Under the pieces are notes generated by a model. The model had not been told where the DNA came from and did not search any database. It saw only the letters and a program-made list of their open reading frames with translations. A DNA stretch of 64,000 bases, from the IMG/VR virus record IMGVR_UViG_3300034520_000374; one strand, given 5' to 3'. The stretch is from an uncultured virus (IMG/VR IMGVR_UViG_3300034520_000374). Lineage: Duplodnaviria > Heunggongvirae > Uroviricota > Caudoviricetes. Positions 1 through 12,800 of the stretch are shown piece by piece; position 1 is the stretch's first letter, and every line of letters starts with the position of its first letter. A program made the translations under genes and the position numbers.

Positions 1-1
1 A

Positions 2-697
2 ATGACTATAAGCCAAGCATTCAAAAAGCTTGAGCAACGGAGAAAGAAGGAGAGCAAGGAAGAAAAGGAACTCAAGAAGGCAAACAAGGTATATGTTGAG
101 GATAAGGAGAGCGCGGAGAAGCTTGAAGGAGCAGGCGAGACAGCTGTTGATGGCCAGGGTCTCAGCGATGAAGAAATAGCTTCTTTAGCATTTATGGCAA
201 ACAACATAGATGAAGATGAAAGAAGCCTTGAGCAAATGATTGAGGATGGCGAGAAAATGCCTGGGTTCGAACCGAAGGTTCAGAAGGTAGGGGAACGTGA
301 GATTGTAGACCCTGCTCTTCGTAAGGCGGTCATGGAAAGAGACCATAACACATGTAGGTGCTGTGAAGAAGGCGGTCCAGAATACGTTGACGTTAATGAT
401 TTCCATCATGTCGTGCCTGTGTTCCTTGGAGGCCCGGACACAGTGGATAATGCGATATGTGTATGTGTGAAGTGTCATAAATTAATACATCTATATGCAC
501 GCGGGCAACTACATCTAGTCAATATTGATAAAATGAGTGAGCAGGAGAAAAAGAAGTTTAAGCGTATTATAAAATATGGCGAGATTATTCGTGAGGGGAT
601 AGCCCGTAAGGGCATGAAGCTGGAGGAATACAGGAAGAAGGATAATATACGTGTTATAGGGCGTCAGATGCCCGGGCATAAAAACACTGTAACATAA
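2..697 (+). CDS. HNH endonuclease domain protein (probably truncated at its 5' end by the window edge)
   Basis: RKAVMERDHNTCRCC...FHHVVPVFLGGPDTVDNAICVCVKCHKLIH is a Zn-binding HNH motif. Confidence 0.8.
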   Translation: MTISQAFKKLEQRRKKESKEEKELKKANKVYVEDKESAEKLEGAGETAVDGQGLSDEEIASLAFMANNIDEDERSLEQMIEDGEKMPGFEPKVQKVGEREIVDPALRKAVMERDHNTCRCCEEGGPEYVDVNDFHHVVPVFLGGPDTVDNAICVCVKCHKLIHLYARGQLHLVNIDKMSEQEKKKFKRIIKYGEIIREGIARKGMKLEEYRKKDNIRVIGRQMPGHKNTVT

Positions 698-703
698 GTG
701 GTA

Positions 704-755
704 AAAAATAAAAAGCCTGGGGAGCTTAAATTAGTACCACAGGCTTTTTATTTTT
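704..755 (+). terminator. Intrinsic terminator, possibly bidirectional
   Basis: 16-bp perfect inverted repeat aaaaataaaaagcctg / caggctttttattttt just after the HNH stop. Confidence 0.75.
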
Positions 756-859
756 ATGTCATTGTGGGAAAGCATATATGTAATATAAATAAAGAAAAGA
801 AGGAGAGGAGGGAACAGCTTCTCGTTCAGCTTATTATAGCTTTGCGGAGAAGCGATAGC

Positions 860-2194
860 ATGGCGAAAAATATCTTTAGTTTACCGGAGAATTACGAGGT
901 TAAGGAAGTAGCAGGCTTAAGAGGATTAGTGAGGCACGGCAAGAACGGCGAGCAATGGATACTAGAGCCGGTCTATGCGGATATTCTTATAGCAAGGTGC
1001 ATGGGTAAGATAATCATAGCCTGTAGGTATCCTATGGATTATGACAGTGGGTACAGGTTGATTGACAGCAAAGGCAATACATTAATAAATATACCTATCG
1101 CAGATGTGCTTTTCGGGGATAGATTCTTATACATCAGGACTATCAGGCCTAGCTCAAAGACAATTGAATGGTGCAAGGTAAATGAGGACTTCAAGGGAGG
1201 TAAATTTCTAGGGGACTTCGAAATCCTTGGCAGAGACCCAAGGATGCCGCACCACATACAAAAAGATAGGGAAACCATAATGGTTCGTGATGCAAACGGG
1301 CTATTAAAGCGTATCTACCTCAAAACAGGGGAAATCGAAGACGAAGTGGCTTTTGCTACTGACCCGCAGCCAAAGAAGGAATACGTTGTCGAGAACTACC
1401 GCGTGGAAATCAACTCAAACACTAACAAAGTAGAAGTATACGATGCGAACGGTAGGGGTAACTCCATTATGACTTTTGGCATTGGGGAAATAGGGACTTA
1501 CAGCACAATTATAACAGAATGTCTTGGTGGAAATCTCAATATGGTTCCGAAGGCTCTTGGCGATAAGTTCCTAACAGGTGTGCTGGGCAGGTTCGAGTAT
1601 TGTGGTAACTACATCGGATTGCTTGCAGCATACCAAATAGCTAAGCGAAACAATACTAAAGATGCAAATGAGCTCGTAGATTTAATAATCAAGGAACTTG
1701 AGGCTGGCTGGGCAGACATAGGTGGAGGGTATTATATAAAAGGGTATGTGCTCAGCGGTATAGTCATAGCAATGGTTGCCTTGCCACAAGGCAAGATTAC
1801 AACAGCAGTCTACAAGATTCGTGGCGAAGATGGCATTGTGGATGTCGGCGGTGTGCAGGCAATAGTAAATGCCTATAAGAGCACTGGCGTCAAGATAGTT
1901 AGACTACTAGTTAATGAGGCAGTGGCGAATGATATGAACATTGATGAGATAAAACTTATGCCTCCATATTCTGTAGTTCAGCGTAAGTCACTTGCATCAG
2001 ATATAAAGAATTACACCTACGAGCAGGTAGTGTATTATCGTATGATAGCAAGTGTAGTTGGACTTGATAATGCAAGTTACGGCAACATGGAATTTGGTGT
2101 ACTGCTGTTCAAGAATTTCGGGTACACCTCGAAAAAGAAACGAGCAAGCGATTCTCTGGTTACAACCAATATATGTGCAGTCAGCATAGCTTAG
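860..2194 (+). CDS. Hypothetical protein (ORF track starts at 698; ATG 860 preferred)
   Basis: Long ORF; region 698-860 overlaps a terminator; MAKNIFSLPE start preceded by ggag. Confidence 0.7.
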   Translation: MAKNIFSLPENYEVKEVAGLRGLVRHGKNGEQWILEPVYADILIARCMGKIIIACRYPMDYDSGYRLIDSKGNTLINIPIADVLFGDRFLYIRTIRPSSKTIEWCKVNEDFKGGKFLGDFEILGRDPRMPHHIQKDRETIMVRDANGLLKRIYLKTGEIEDEVAFATDPQPKKEYVVENYRVEINSNTNKVEVYDANGRGNSIMTFGIGEIGTYSTIITECLGGNLNMVPKALGDKFLTGVLGRFEYCGNYIGLLAAYQIAKRNNTKDANELVDLIIKELEAGWADIGGGYYIKGYVLSGIVIAMVALPQGKITTAVYKIRGEDGIVDVGGVQAIVNAYKSTGVKIVRLLVNEAVANDMNIDEIKLMPPYSVVQRKSLASDIKNYTYEQVVYYRMIASVVGLDNASYGNMEFGVLLFKNFGYTSKKKRASDSLVTTNICAVSIA

Positions 2195-2218
2195 TAGTTA
2201 GGTAAGAGGTGAATATTA

Positions 2219-3862
2219 ATGCCTAAAAAGTATGGGGATGTGCTTAGGAGGCTTGACCTCATTGAGGAAGAGTCAACGGACGTATACAAGCCGCAGAAGA
2301 TTACGCGTATAGATTCTGAGGAGCTGCTTGTATCGCCTCATATAGAAAACAGCAGTGAGGCGGAGGATGAAGGTAGAAGCCTATCAGCATTGGAAATAAT
2401 ACTTATAGTTGGGTTAATATGCCTGCTTATTCTTGCTGGATATTACGGGTATAAATTTTACAAGACATCGGCAATATTCAATCAAGCAGAGAATAAGCAG
2501 TTGCAGAGTTTACTGAATAGCGGAGTACTGATGAGTAAATCAGTGATTCCAGTAGATAATATCCTTAGCAATGCTTTGGTGTCAGCCAAGGTGGATAGTG
2601 ATGGGGACGGAATTTCAAACGCCAGGGAGATAAAGTTTGGGACATTACCATATATGTGGGACTCAGACTTAGACGGTTTGGCTGACAATATAGAGCTCGC
2701 AAACAGTGGATTAAATCCTAACGGGAGGCAGGTAAAGGATAGGGTTAAAGACATTAAGTCTTCAGGTAGGTTACCTGAAGACTTAATGTTTACAGAGGAG
2801 CTAGATAGGAGCAACATAGCAAATATCTTAGGAGTGCCTGAGGATTATATAATCAAGGCAGTGAAGGTGTACAATAGCCTTGGTTATGCAACATTAAATG
2901 GTTTCAACGGAGCAAAAACTATAGTTAAGTACATTCCAGAAATAAACAGATTCATGGTTTTGAGGTATGAGACAATAGGGGAAAGCATTAGGGTGCCGAT
3001 GACGGGAGATTATGTAGTCATAGGTTTCAGCGTCAAAGAAGGTACAGTTAGGAGAATGATTAATTGTATCGAAGGAAATTACGAAGGTATAACGAGAGAA
3101 TTTTTGGACGATGCTTATGGGGTAATTGATGTTAACCGAGTATGGGGCATTGATGGTTTCAAGACCTTAGATTTTAAGAGGAGAGGTAAGTTGCCTCTTT
3201 TAGGTGTTGTAGATAGCCTTGGGTATTCTAGCTGCATCGGGACGGCTTGGCTAGAAGGCGTGATAACAAATGGAGGTGCACCCGATGTTAACTCTTTCAA
3301 GGCAAGGCAGAAAGGGTATACGTGGGTAAAGACGGACAATTACGATTTCGATATCTGGGGAGCACGGTTGAATGAATTTGAAGGCAGTACATTAAGGCTA
3401 GGCACGAACAGGAGAATTGATGTAACGAGTCTAAAATCACCAGACGGAGATTTTGTAAGGGCTTCATTGTATTTGACTTCGCTAGCATTGGATAAAGCTT
3501 CAGAGCAAGTAGCATTAAAGCGGTTCAGTACTAGCGAGAGCGTGCCAAAAGGTATAATAAAAAGTCTACAGGACGGTAGGGTAGTTTTAGCAATCATGGC
3601 AAATGATAAGTATGTGCATGGGGTTCTTATTTATGGTCTTGGAAGTACTACCGTTGATAACGACCTGTATAACTTCTTATGTTATGATATAAGTATAGGA
3701 AAAGAGCAGGTGTTACAGGTTAAGGTAGGCAACTTGCAAGGTAGGAAATATGCATTATACAGATATGGACTAATCAGTGATTTTGATTTCGATTCCACTA
3801 GGGGTGATGTATTTTTGTTTTACAACATAAGGACGGACTTTACACTGGAGCCAATAAATTGA
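2219..3862 (+). CDS. Membrane-anchored protein with DxDxDG Ca-binding repeats and a possible C-terminal papain-like peptidase fold
   Basis: TM helix IILIVGLICLLILAGYYGY; DSDGDGISNARE and DSDLDGLADNIE repeats; SCIGTA...HGVLIYG...LCYD resembles a Cys-His-Asp triad. Confidence 0.55.
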   Translation: MPKKYGDVLRRLDLIEEESTDVYKPQKITRIDSEELLVSPHIENSSEAEDEGRSLSALEIILIVGLICLLILAGYYGYKFYKTSAIFNQAENKQLQSLLNSGVLMSKSVIPVDNILSNALVSAKVDSDGDGISNAREIKFGTLPYMWDSDLDGLADNIELANSGLNPNGRQVKDRVKDIKSSGRLPEDLMFTEELDRSNIANILGVPEDYIIKAVKVYNSLGYATLNGFNGAKTIVKYIPEINRFMVLRYETIGESIRVPMTGDYVVIGFSVKEGTVRRMINCIEGNYEGITREFLDDAYGVIDVNRVWGIDGFKTLDFKRRGKLPLLGVVDSLGYSSCIGTAWLEGVITNGGAPDVNSFKARQKGYTWVKTDNYDFDIWGARLNEFEGSTLRLGTNRRIDVTSLKSPDGDFVRASLYLTSLALDKASEQVALKRFSTSESVPKGIIKSLQDGRVVLAIMANDKYVHGVLIYGLGSTTVDNDLYNFLCYDISIGKEQVLQVKVGNLQGRKYALYRYGLISDFDFDSTRGDVFLFYNIRTDFTLEPIN

Positions 3863-3878
3863 CGGGGGTGAACTGCGA

Positions 3879-6800
3879 ATGAGGGCAGCCGTGACTAAAC
3901 TTAAAAAGTTCATAGCATTTTTAGTTATAATTAACCTATTGATTACTATGGTTCCTTGGCAAAATACCGCATACGCTGCATCGCCTGTTTACCAGGGACT
4001 AACCGTTGGTAGCAATGCAACATTAAGTTCTGATGGTTACAAGTTGAGTTCAGCAGGTTTAATTGACATAAGTGAAACCATATTTGAAGTAGGTATTTCT
4101 CGTAGTCCGAAAACAAAAGTTACTGGAACAAAAGCTAAAACAAATATAGTAGAGAACTACCAGACAGTTATGCCTGTTAACGCTAACAATACGTTGTATT
4201 TCATGACAAGTACTTTGTATAATCAGATAAAATCCAGATGGGGTAAATTTGTAGTCAGTTGGTATTCTGCTGGTACAAAAACAATGGAGTGCCGTGGTGA
4301 TGTATCGGCGCTATACAGAGTAAAGGTGCTCAAAGATTATACTTCAACCTACAAGCCTGCAGTTGCACAAGATGGAAAATATTATTCTACGTTGAAGAGT
4401 AAGTATGACCCAAACAGTATTGCCAGCCTGGGTAACGGGCAGTGGAAAAACCTGTTAGATGGTGATGGTACCAAGGGACTTGAGCTGTGGAGCTATATAC
4501 TGCAGCAGACAAGTAAGGGCGACCCAGCAGATTGGGACATCGAGCGTAGAATGAATGAATATACCAGAACTCTCGGTTGGGACTTAGACAAATATACTGA
4601 GTGGCCCGATTCGTTAAAGTGGGAAGTCAAGTTAAGGTACCTTGACTTAATGATGATGACATATGAGATGATTCCTGCAGAGGCTACTATAGCAAAGAGT
4701 GATTGGGCTGCTGCAATAGACGATTACATTACAGGGGTTGGTCTTGATTCCAAACCAGTAACCATTGTTATTACTCCTGACGTGGCTATTAACCCTGGTG
4801 ACCCATTAAATGATTCGACTGGTGCCATTATAGTAAGGACTCCAGACTTTCTGAACTATGCTGCTGGCGTTGAGGCAATGTTTTTCTCAAATACAGAAAT
4901 CTTTGTGAACCTTTTGGGGTCAGGCGAAGACGCAGTAGCATTGACGGGTTCAGTTACACCTTCGGATACAACTAGGACTTACAATAACTACACGCTGGCT
5001 GTCAAGAAGTCAATAGCAATGAGCCCTAACTTTAAGAGGATAACAGACGCTTTAGACCCGAGTAATGCTTTCTCCTGGGGCTATAGTGCCATGGCCAAGT
5101 ACCGACTGAGCACATCAGGTGGTACAGTGCGGTGGCTAACTACAACCGTGGCAGCATCATATTTAGATATTTTGCAAATACAGTATCCTAATCAGACTAC
5201 AAACATAAAGAAGACTATATCCGGTTTCCTTCTTGTGCCTGCTCCTCCTCTTGGTGCATTGTCCCTCAAGATTACTCTTAACGCTACGCCTGACAACAAG
5301 GTAATAGATTCTACAACCTTGGGGACAGTCATAAAGCTTGATGTGAAGTGCAAGGCTGACCCTGTAGTACTTTCTGCATGGCAGCCTTATATTGACGCAG
5401 CCAGAGCACAGGGAAAGACATTCAATGTCAAGCTAAGCATAACAAGAAGCTATAATCAAGGCTCTGCTACCGCAAATTATAGTCCTACGGATATAATAAG
5501 CACTGGAAGGACGCTTTCAGTAGACCAATTTGTAGAGCTTTTGAACGGTAATACAGGAATAGAAGTTATGGATGACGTATCAACATATCCTTCTAATCCG
5601 CCGAGTAAACACATTTTTGATTATACTGTTACAATGACAGCTACATTGAATAATGGGCAGTCTCCTCCACCTTCGGGTAGTGGTACAGCTTCTGATTCTG
5701 CATCAATTATTGTTGAAGACCCGAAGCTGTACATGAAGTATACATCATCTCCTGATGCATATGCAGAGCTTAAGGAAGGCAAGCCTTACAACGAGAGCTT
5801 CGACGCTATGTCGGGTGTGCCAACTACTGAGACATTATATCTTGGTGCTGGCGGTAGTGAGTTTATAGTGCAGATAAAACTTAAGTATCATACTGACGGT
5901 CAGGCTACTCGTACGTATAAAGTGCATTATGATGGCGGCGTACCTTGCGAATTTATGGATGGAGACACAGCGAAATTCCCGAATGGGCAAACACATAGCT
6001 CTTATGAGGAGCGAGACTTTGTTTCTGGTAGTCGGTCTGGTTGCGGGAACTATGCTACTCCACCACCTCCAAAACCGAAGACATATTCATGGACGGCAGC
6101 AAGTGACGGTATAACTCGTACTGTAACTGAGCATTATCAACTTATTCCTAATACATGGACAGACCATTATTATGAGACACGTACGGATAGTGAGGGTAAT
6201 ACGTATCAAGTTCATGTTCCATCTAAATGCACTAGTCACTGGGAGTACTATTATAAATATTGGGTAAATGAGCATGAAATATGTGGACCATGCTGTCAGC
6301 ACGTCTTACCGGATGTATACGATACCTGGAAGCAGACGATAACGTTTGATTATCTCGAGATAGTAGATGTGCACGTTTGGAAGATAGACCAAGCTTCCAT
6401 TAACGGGATGGAGGAAATTGTAGGCAACAATACAAATAGCACTGACATTTTGGCACAAAATGGGGATGTAACTGTTAAAGCAAAGATTGTTAAAGGTGAC
6501 CCGAACATATTCTACAACATTGCAGCATTAACAAACCCGTCCAATCCGAATACAAGTTCAGGTGGACGGTTAAGATACTCCGTTGAGCCTCAGCAGCATG
6601 ACGATGTAGTTTATAAAATGGGCCCTCGTACGAATAAGTGTGATGGTGAAGGTGCAACTGCAGCTGGTAATGTAAGACCTAATGGTGGCCAGGGTCATGT
6701 GCATCCTTGGGCAACTGGAATTATCTATGATAACAGAGGATTCCCGAATGAGATGGACTATCATCGCCAGAAAACTTCCACTAAGACCGATTACAGTAAT

Positions 6801-9800
6801 ATAGCCGACGCTAAGGATACTCAGACTACCGAGTGGAAGCAGTTTGATACATTCAGGAAAACTTTGAACACAGCAACGGTAGTCAGCGACATGTTGATTC
6901 TACAGACATCCTCTGGAGACCAGAGCGTCATATATTTTGAGAAGAAGTCTAACACAGTAAGATGTGACCAGAACTTCGATAAGGTAACAGCTACGAAGGA
7001 AGACATGTGGGATAACAACCCACTTAGCGCAGCTAAGTGGACGGACAAACAAATCAATATAGGCTCTTATAATGGTAAGTGGGACCAGCCAACACAGAAG
7101 TATGAAGGAACCGGGAATAAAGCTCAAATACACACAGTGTTTGATTCAGCTCCTGGAGAAAAGGACCCAGCGAGTGTTTCTACAACTTATAAAGCAGCTT
7201 ATAAGTATCTGACAAGACCCGCAAGACCTGCACAGCTTTTCTTGTATAAAGACGGTGTAAAACAGAATATAGACAACGCTAACAAGTCCTATATTACAGG
7301 AGAGGCAGAGGTATTCTGGAAGAACATTCTGAACTACCCATCGGCAGACACAGCAATATACGATACTTCTTATAAGGCACTATATGGGGCTAACGGGTAC
7401 GTGCAAAAAGCTCCTTACTCACCTAATCACGGTAAGGTAAACGATATAGTTGTGCATGACCCTGTATCTACGGAAGATGCAGTAGTCGTAGGTTTGGAAG
7501 CTTCGAGAGACCAGCGAAGCACTTTACCAGCTGGTTCAGCAGATGATACTATAAATGAAGCCAATAGATTAAAGGTATGTCCGAGAGACCCAGCACTGTG
7601 CGAATTCAGGGTTCTCAACTGCACATACTTTAAGGATGTGCTTTTAGCTTACTTCGACTTTGAAAATGGTGCAGTGAACCAGGTAACAGGACAGACATAC
7701 ACTTTGCCTTCCGGGTTCACCATCGAGAATGTCAACAGGTTCGGAACAGGAAAGAGTTTATCAGCGAAAGGCGTAAGGTGGTCAATACCGTTTGCCGATT
7801 TGTACAATTCGGCGGCTGGTTTGACTAAAGGCTTGCAGTATAATCCTGGGCTTCCGATTTATGTAGAGGCAGATTACTATATACCTGTGCCAAGCGGCAC
7901 AGGTACGATGCTGGCGAGCTTCTACAGGTATGACATGTACCTGCCTGCTGGAAGTGTTAACCCAACGTGGAACACCGGTCACGGTTGGGAGCGCCGGGCA
8001 AACACAGATATAACCAATAAGAACTTAAAGATAGGCATGCAGTTCGACATGTCTAATCTTGATAGAAGTAAGCTATTCATCAACGGTACAGAGTTTACCA
8101 ATTATACGAGAATAAATAACTCCGATTTAATCACAGCTGACCTGGTAGGCGACAAGATAAATATTGGAAGTTGGAATGTCAGCGATAGGTACCCAGCAAA
8201 CTTCTATCTTGACAACCTAAAGATTATAAGGAAGGCAGGAACAACAAATCACAACGAGACTTGCTACAAGTCGTTTATGTTCCATCCAGATGGTCTGAAC
8301 GCACACGTTCACACGGCAAGCTGCGTGAACAGCAAGAGTGCGGATATTATAGCATCGTTATTGCAGGGTAAAGTTGTTGATGGCAGTACCGGCAAGCAGG
8401 ATTTTGGTTACACTGGAACAGTGCAATCCTTTACAGCTCCTGCAACAGGAACATATACACTTGAGGTTTGGGGCGCAGAAGGTGGTAAAGGTTATGCAGG
8501 GGCCCCAGGTGGTAAAGGTGGCTATGCAAAGGGAGCGGTCCAGTTACAAAAGGGACAGACAGTATACATTTATGTTGGAGGTAAGCCTACCGAAGTATAC
8601 GGCGATAGCGGTAACGCAGGTGGCTGGAACGGTGGAGGTAAAGGTTCATCATACTACGGCTCCGGCGCATTTGGAGGTGGTGGCGGTGGCGCTACTGACA
8701 TAAGAACACAGCGTGCTGCTTCCGATACTGACTGGTCGTCAACACTGAATAGCAGAATTATAGTTGCTGGTGGTGGCGGCGGAGGTGGCCACTATGGAAA
8801 ATCTAACTATATCGGAGGATACGGTGGTGGTACGTCTGGTGGTTCAGCTGGAGGTTCTGGAGCAACTCAAACAAGTGGTTATGCTCTTGGTCAAGGACAG
8901 TCATCAAATTACTCAGGGCATGATTTAGGTGCTGGTGGCGGTGGATATTATGGTGGTTATGCTTCAACGACTCGGGATGCAGGCGGTGGCGGTGGTTCCG
9001 GCTACATCGGTGGCGTTCAGAATGGTCAGCTTATAGCAGGTAACGCTTCAATGCCAGCTCCAGGTGGCGGCACCGAAACTGGGCATTCAGGGAATGGATA
9101 CGCACGCATAACATGGGATATACCTGGGGTACAGGCAGTAGACTGGGACGCCATAAAGACTTTACTTGGGCCAGCTTTCAATGCAGTATTTAATCCGCAA
9201 GTGCTTTACAACATGACATTTGGCGATGGTTCACTCAAAGGGTTCAGGGCACTGTATAACTGCACCCTATCTGTCAGCGGTGGACAGATGATTTTTAATA
9301 TAACTGGCTCAGACCCGCAGAGCGAGCTGCCTGTTAATAATATAGAGGCTCCGGCAGTCCAGCAGATTAGGATTACATTTGATAATAACACCGGTGGCAC
9401 TGTGGGTCAGTTGTTCTACAAGGGTGCTACTGGTAGTTATACTGAAGCAAACAGTGTCAAGTGGAGCATGACCGCTAACAAAGCCGGTCAAGTCGTAACA
9501 CTTGACATGACAAAAGCTACAGGCTGGACAGGAGACATCAAGAGCCTTAGGTTCGATTTCTCAGACGCATCATCAGGTCAAGTTAAGATAACAAAAATAG
9601 AGTTTATAGGGTTTGGTTCGGCTTCTGGCGGTACGGGTATGAGCGGTACTTGGACATTTGGTTACACCGGTGCACGCCAGACATGGTCTGCACCAGGTAC
9701 CGGTAGGTACCTCTTGGAAGTCTGGGGTGCAGAAGGTGGTGCCGATAACGCCGCAGGAGGTAAAGGTGGTTACGCTAAAGGTGAAATTAATTTAACTTCT

Positions 9801-12800
9801 GGGCAAACGCTTTATATCTTTGTAGGCGGCAAGGGTTCTGATAGTGGTGGTCATAACGGTGGATGGAACGGTGGCGGATACGCTTACGGTCGTGGTGGCG
9901 GTGGGGGTGGTATGACCTTCATCTCCACTTCGTCAGCTGCTACAGCTGCTCCGAGTAACCAGGCAGTAAATGGTGGTTCATGGAATGACAGTGGCGTAAT
10001 CATCGTGGCCGGCGGCGGTGGCGGTGCGGGTGGTAGCTCTGGTGGTTATGGTGGTTATGGTGGCGGAACTACTGGAGGAACCGGTGGTGATGGCTACGGT
10101 TCACCTGGGACTGGTGGTACACAGACATCTGGCGGTGCTGGTGGTTCTAACTACGGTACTAGCGGTGGCCATGGCTATGGTGGTAGCAATACAGCTGGCT
10201 CATCCTCTGGCGGAGGCGGAGGCGGTGGCGGCTGGTACGGCGGTGGTGGCGGTGGTAACGACTACACCAGATATAATGATAATGATGACTCCGGTGGTGG
10301 TGGCGGTTCCAGCTACATCGGTGGTGTACAGAATGGTCAAATAATAGCAGGTAACGCATCAATGCCAGCGCCTGGCGGAGGTACTGAAACAGGTCATAGC
10401 GGTAACGGATACGCTAAGATAACAGGTTTAGTCTCCGCACTAACAATAACCTATACACCTCCGTTTAACAGCGGTTCTAGCGGTAGTCAGATATTTAATT
10501 ACACCGGGTCATATCAGACTTTCACAGCACCTGTAAGTGGCACATACACCTTTGAGGTGTGGGGAGCCCAGGGTGGCGGAAATACAGACCCTTCACAAGG
10601 TTCTAGAGGTGGTAAAGGTGGTTACTCAAGAGGCGAATATTACTTAAATGCCGGACAGACAATATACATTTATGTAGGTGGTCAAGGTAGGGAAGGTTAC
10701 CTGTCACCAAGTGGTGGTTGGAATGGCGGTGGTAATGGTAGCGGTACAAGTTCGTGCTATGGTTACGGCGGTGGCGGTGCTACTGATATAAGGGTTGGCG
10801 GTCAGGCTTTAAGTAACCGTGTCATTGTAGCCGGTGGCGGTGGCGGTGCCGATGACACAGGAACAGCCGCTGGTACGCCAGGGGGTACCAATGACGGGTC
10901 CGGTGGATACGGTGGCGGTTTAACAGGAGGAAATGCTCTAAAAGATGGTGTCGAAGCAGCGGGTACTGGTGCTACTCAGACTAGTGGTTATGCATTAGGA
11001 CAGGGTCAGGCATCTGGAACGACATCAGACTCCGGTGGTGGCGGTGGTGGTTACTACGGAGGTTACGCTACCAGTTTCTATAACGGTGGTGGCGGTGGCG
11101 GTTCCGGTTATATAGGAGGAGTACAGAATGGTATTACGATTCCTGGTAACCAGACAATGCCGTCGCCATCTGGTGGAACCGAAGTAGGTCATTCCGGTAA
11201 CGGTTGTGCCAAGATTACATGGTGTCCTATAGATAAGACAGCAATACTAAATGCATTACAAGCTAACTATGCATTGTTGCCAGAGATGATAAATGGTGCT
11301 CTTGTAACAGAATGGGTGGATATCACGAATTGGAATGACCCAACGCCTGGTTCGACTCCTGGTTCTAAGTACGCAAACAGTGCATCGGAGTTCAGTCAGA
11401 TATTTAGTTACAGCAATGGAGCAGTTTATAGGGGAGTAAGTATAATAACAAGTGCGATTGCTTGGCACAGTGCGGGAAAATTCCCGTATGAGAAGCCGTA
11501 TTATCTGCCTGACAGCCATTATGGTTGGAGAGCATACGGAGAAATTTATATACCGTCAGATGGTATGTATACTTTCGGTATAGACTCCGATGATGCTGGT
11601 GACATACTCATAGATGGCAATGTAGTAGTATCGTGGTACGGTGCCCATGGTGTAGCTGGGTCGGGAGGTACTCCATCATTTACGCATTATGCATCGGTTA
11701 ACTTAACTGCTGGTTGGCATAAGTTCGAAGCACGGATGCAGGAGTGGGAAGGCGAGGATGGTATCGCAGTAGGTTGGAAGAAACCTGGAGATACAGCGTT
11801 CAGCATTATACCTGCATCGCAATTCAGGGTATACAACCCGGTGTTTACATGCGGTGGATTGCCGTTGAATACCCATATATGCAACGCTAACTGTCATGAA
11901 GAATCAGTGTTGATGTGTTCAGAGCCACACCACAACGGATTGCACTATGATGGTTCCAATGACATATGCTGGGACGCCTGCAACAACGATGCAAACCATG
12001 CGTTCTACAAGCCGAAAGTATTTACACCTGGTGGTCAGGAAATCCCGAACGGTAAGTTTATCAACATAGACTGGCCGTTCAGGGTTTACTTCCCGAATAT
12101 AGGCGACTTCTATCAGGGAGGTCGGCTCGGATGGTCTTCACTGACCACTACAAGAGGTAAAGGCTTTGTAGATAACATGGACACAACCAAGTGGACCAGA
12201 GCTAAGCGTATTAAGTTCGGGTTCAATGTCATTTTCACTAACCCGATTACCGGTGAGAAAACACTATATCGTGCAGGAGAATGGATAGATTTACCTGTAG
12301 CTACCCAAATAGATCGAATAGAATATGACGTGGACGGCAATCCAGTAACGATTTACAAGCAAGGTACCGGAATATCGTACTACGATTTCTACTGCGTGTT
12401 GGCAAATAGAGAAGCCAAGAGTGCATTGATTGAATACGAAGTAGAGGCTATAAATTGCCCGGGCGAGAACGATAATAAGATTAACGAGACTAACAGGAAG
12501 AGATATTCAGATTTCACGGCATTGCATGGAGGGTATAGAACATCCTATATTGACGTTGTAGGTAGAATAGGTAACTTCGTAATAGCGGACACAGACGATT
12601 ACAGGTTCAGTAACTTCTTCAAGACACCTGTATCATCCGACAAATGGATAGTAGAGGGTATAGTAAAAGAAGTTTATCCGGATGTTCCTAACCTGTATAT
12701 CGGTTGGAAGAAAGATATAAGGGGCGTTGACGTATCCTCTGCTACACATTGGTTTGACACCTATGGTACCCAAAAGTGGTTGGATAAGGCTCCTGTGCAA

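Noticed and set aside
698..859. N-terminal extension of the 498-aa ORF
   Set aside because: Runs through a terminator hairpin; ATG 860 is the better start
8600..11120. ggt/ggc triplet runs as microsatellite or CRISPR-like repeats
   Set aside because: They are glycine codons of the Gly-rich domains; no constant repeat with unique spacers. I saw no CRISPR array in the window
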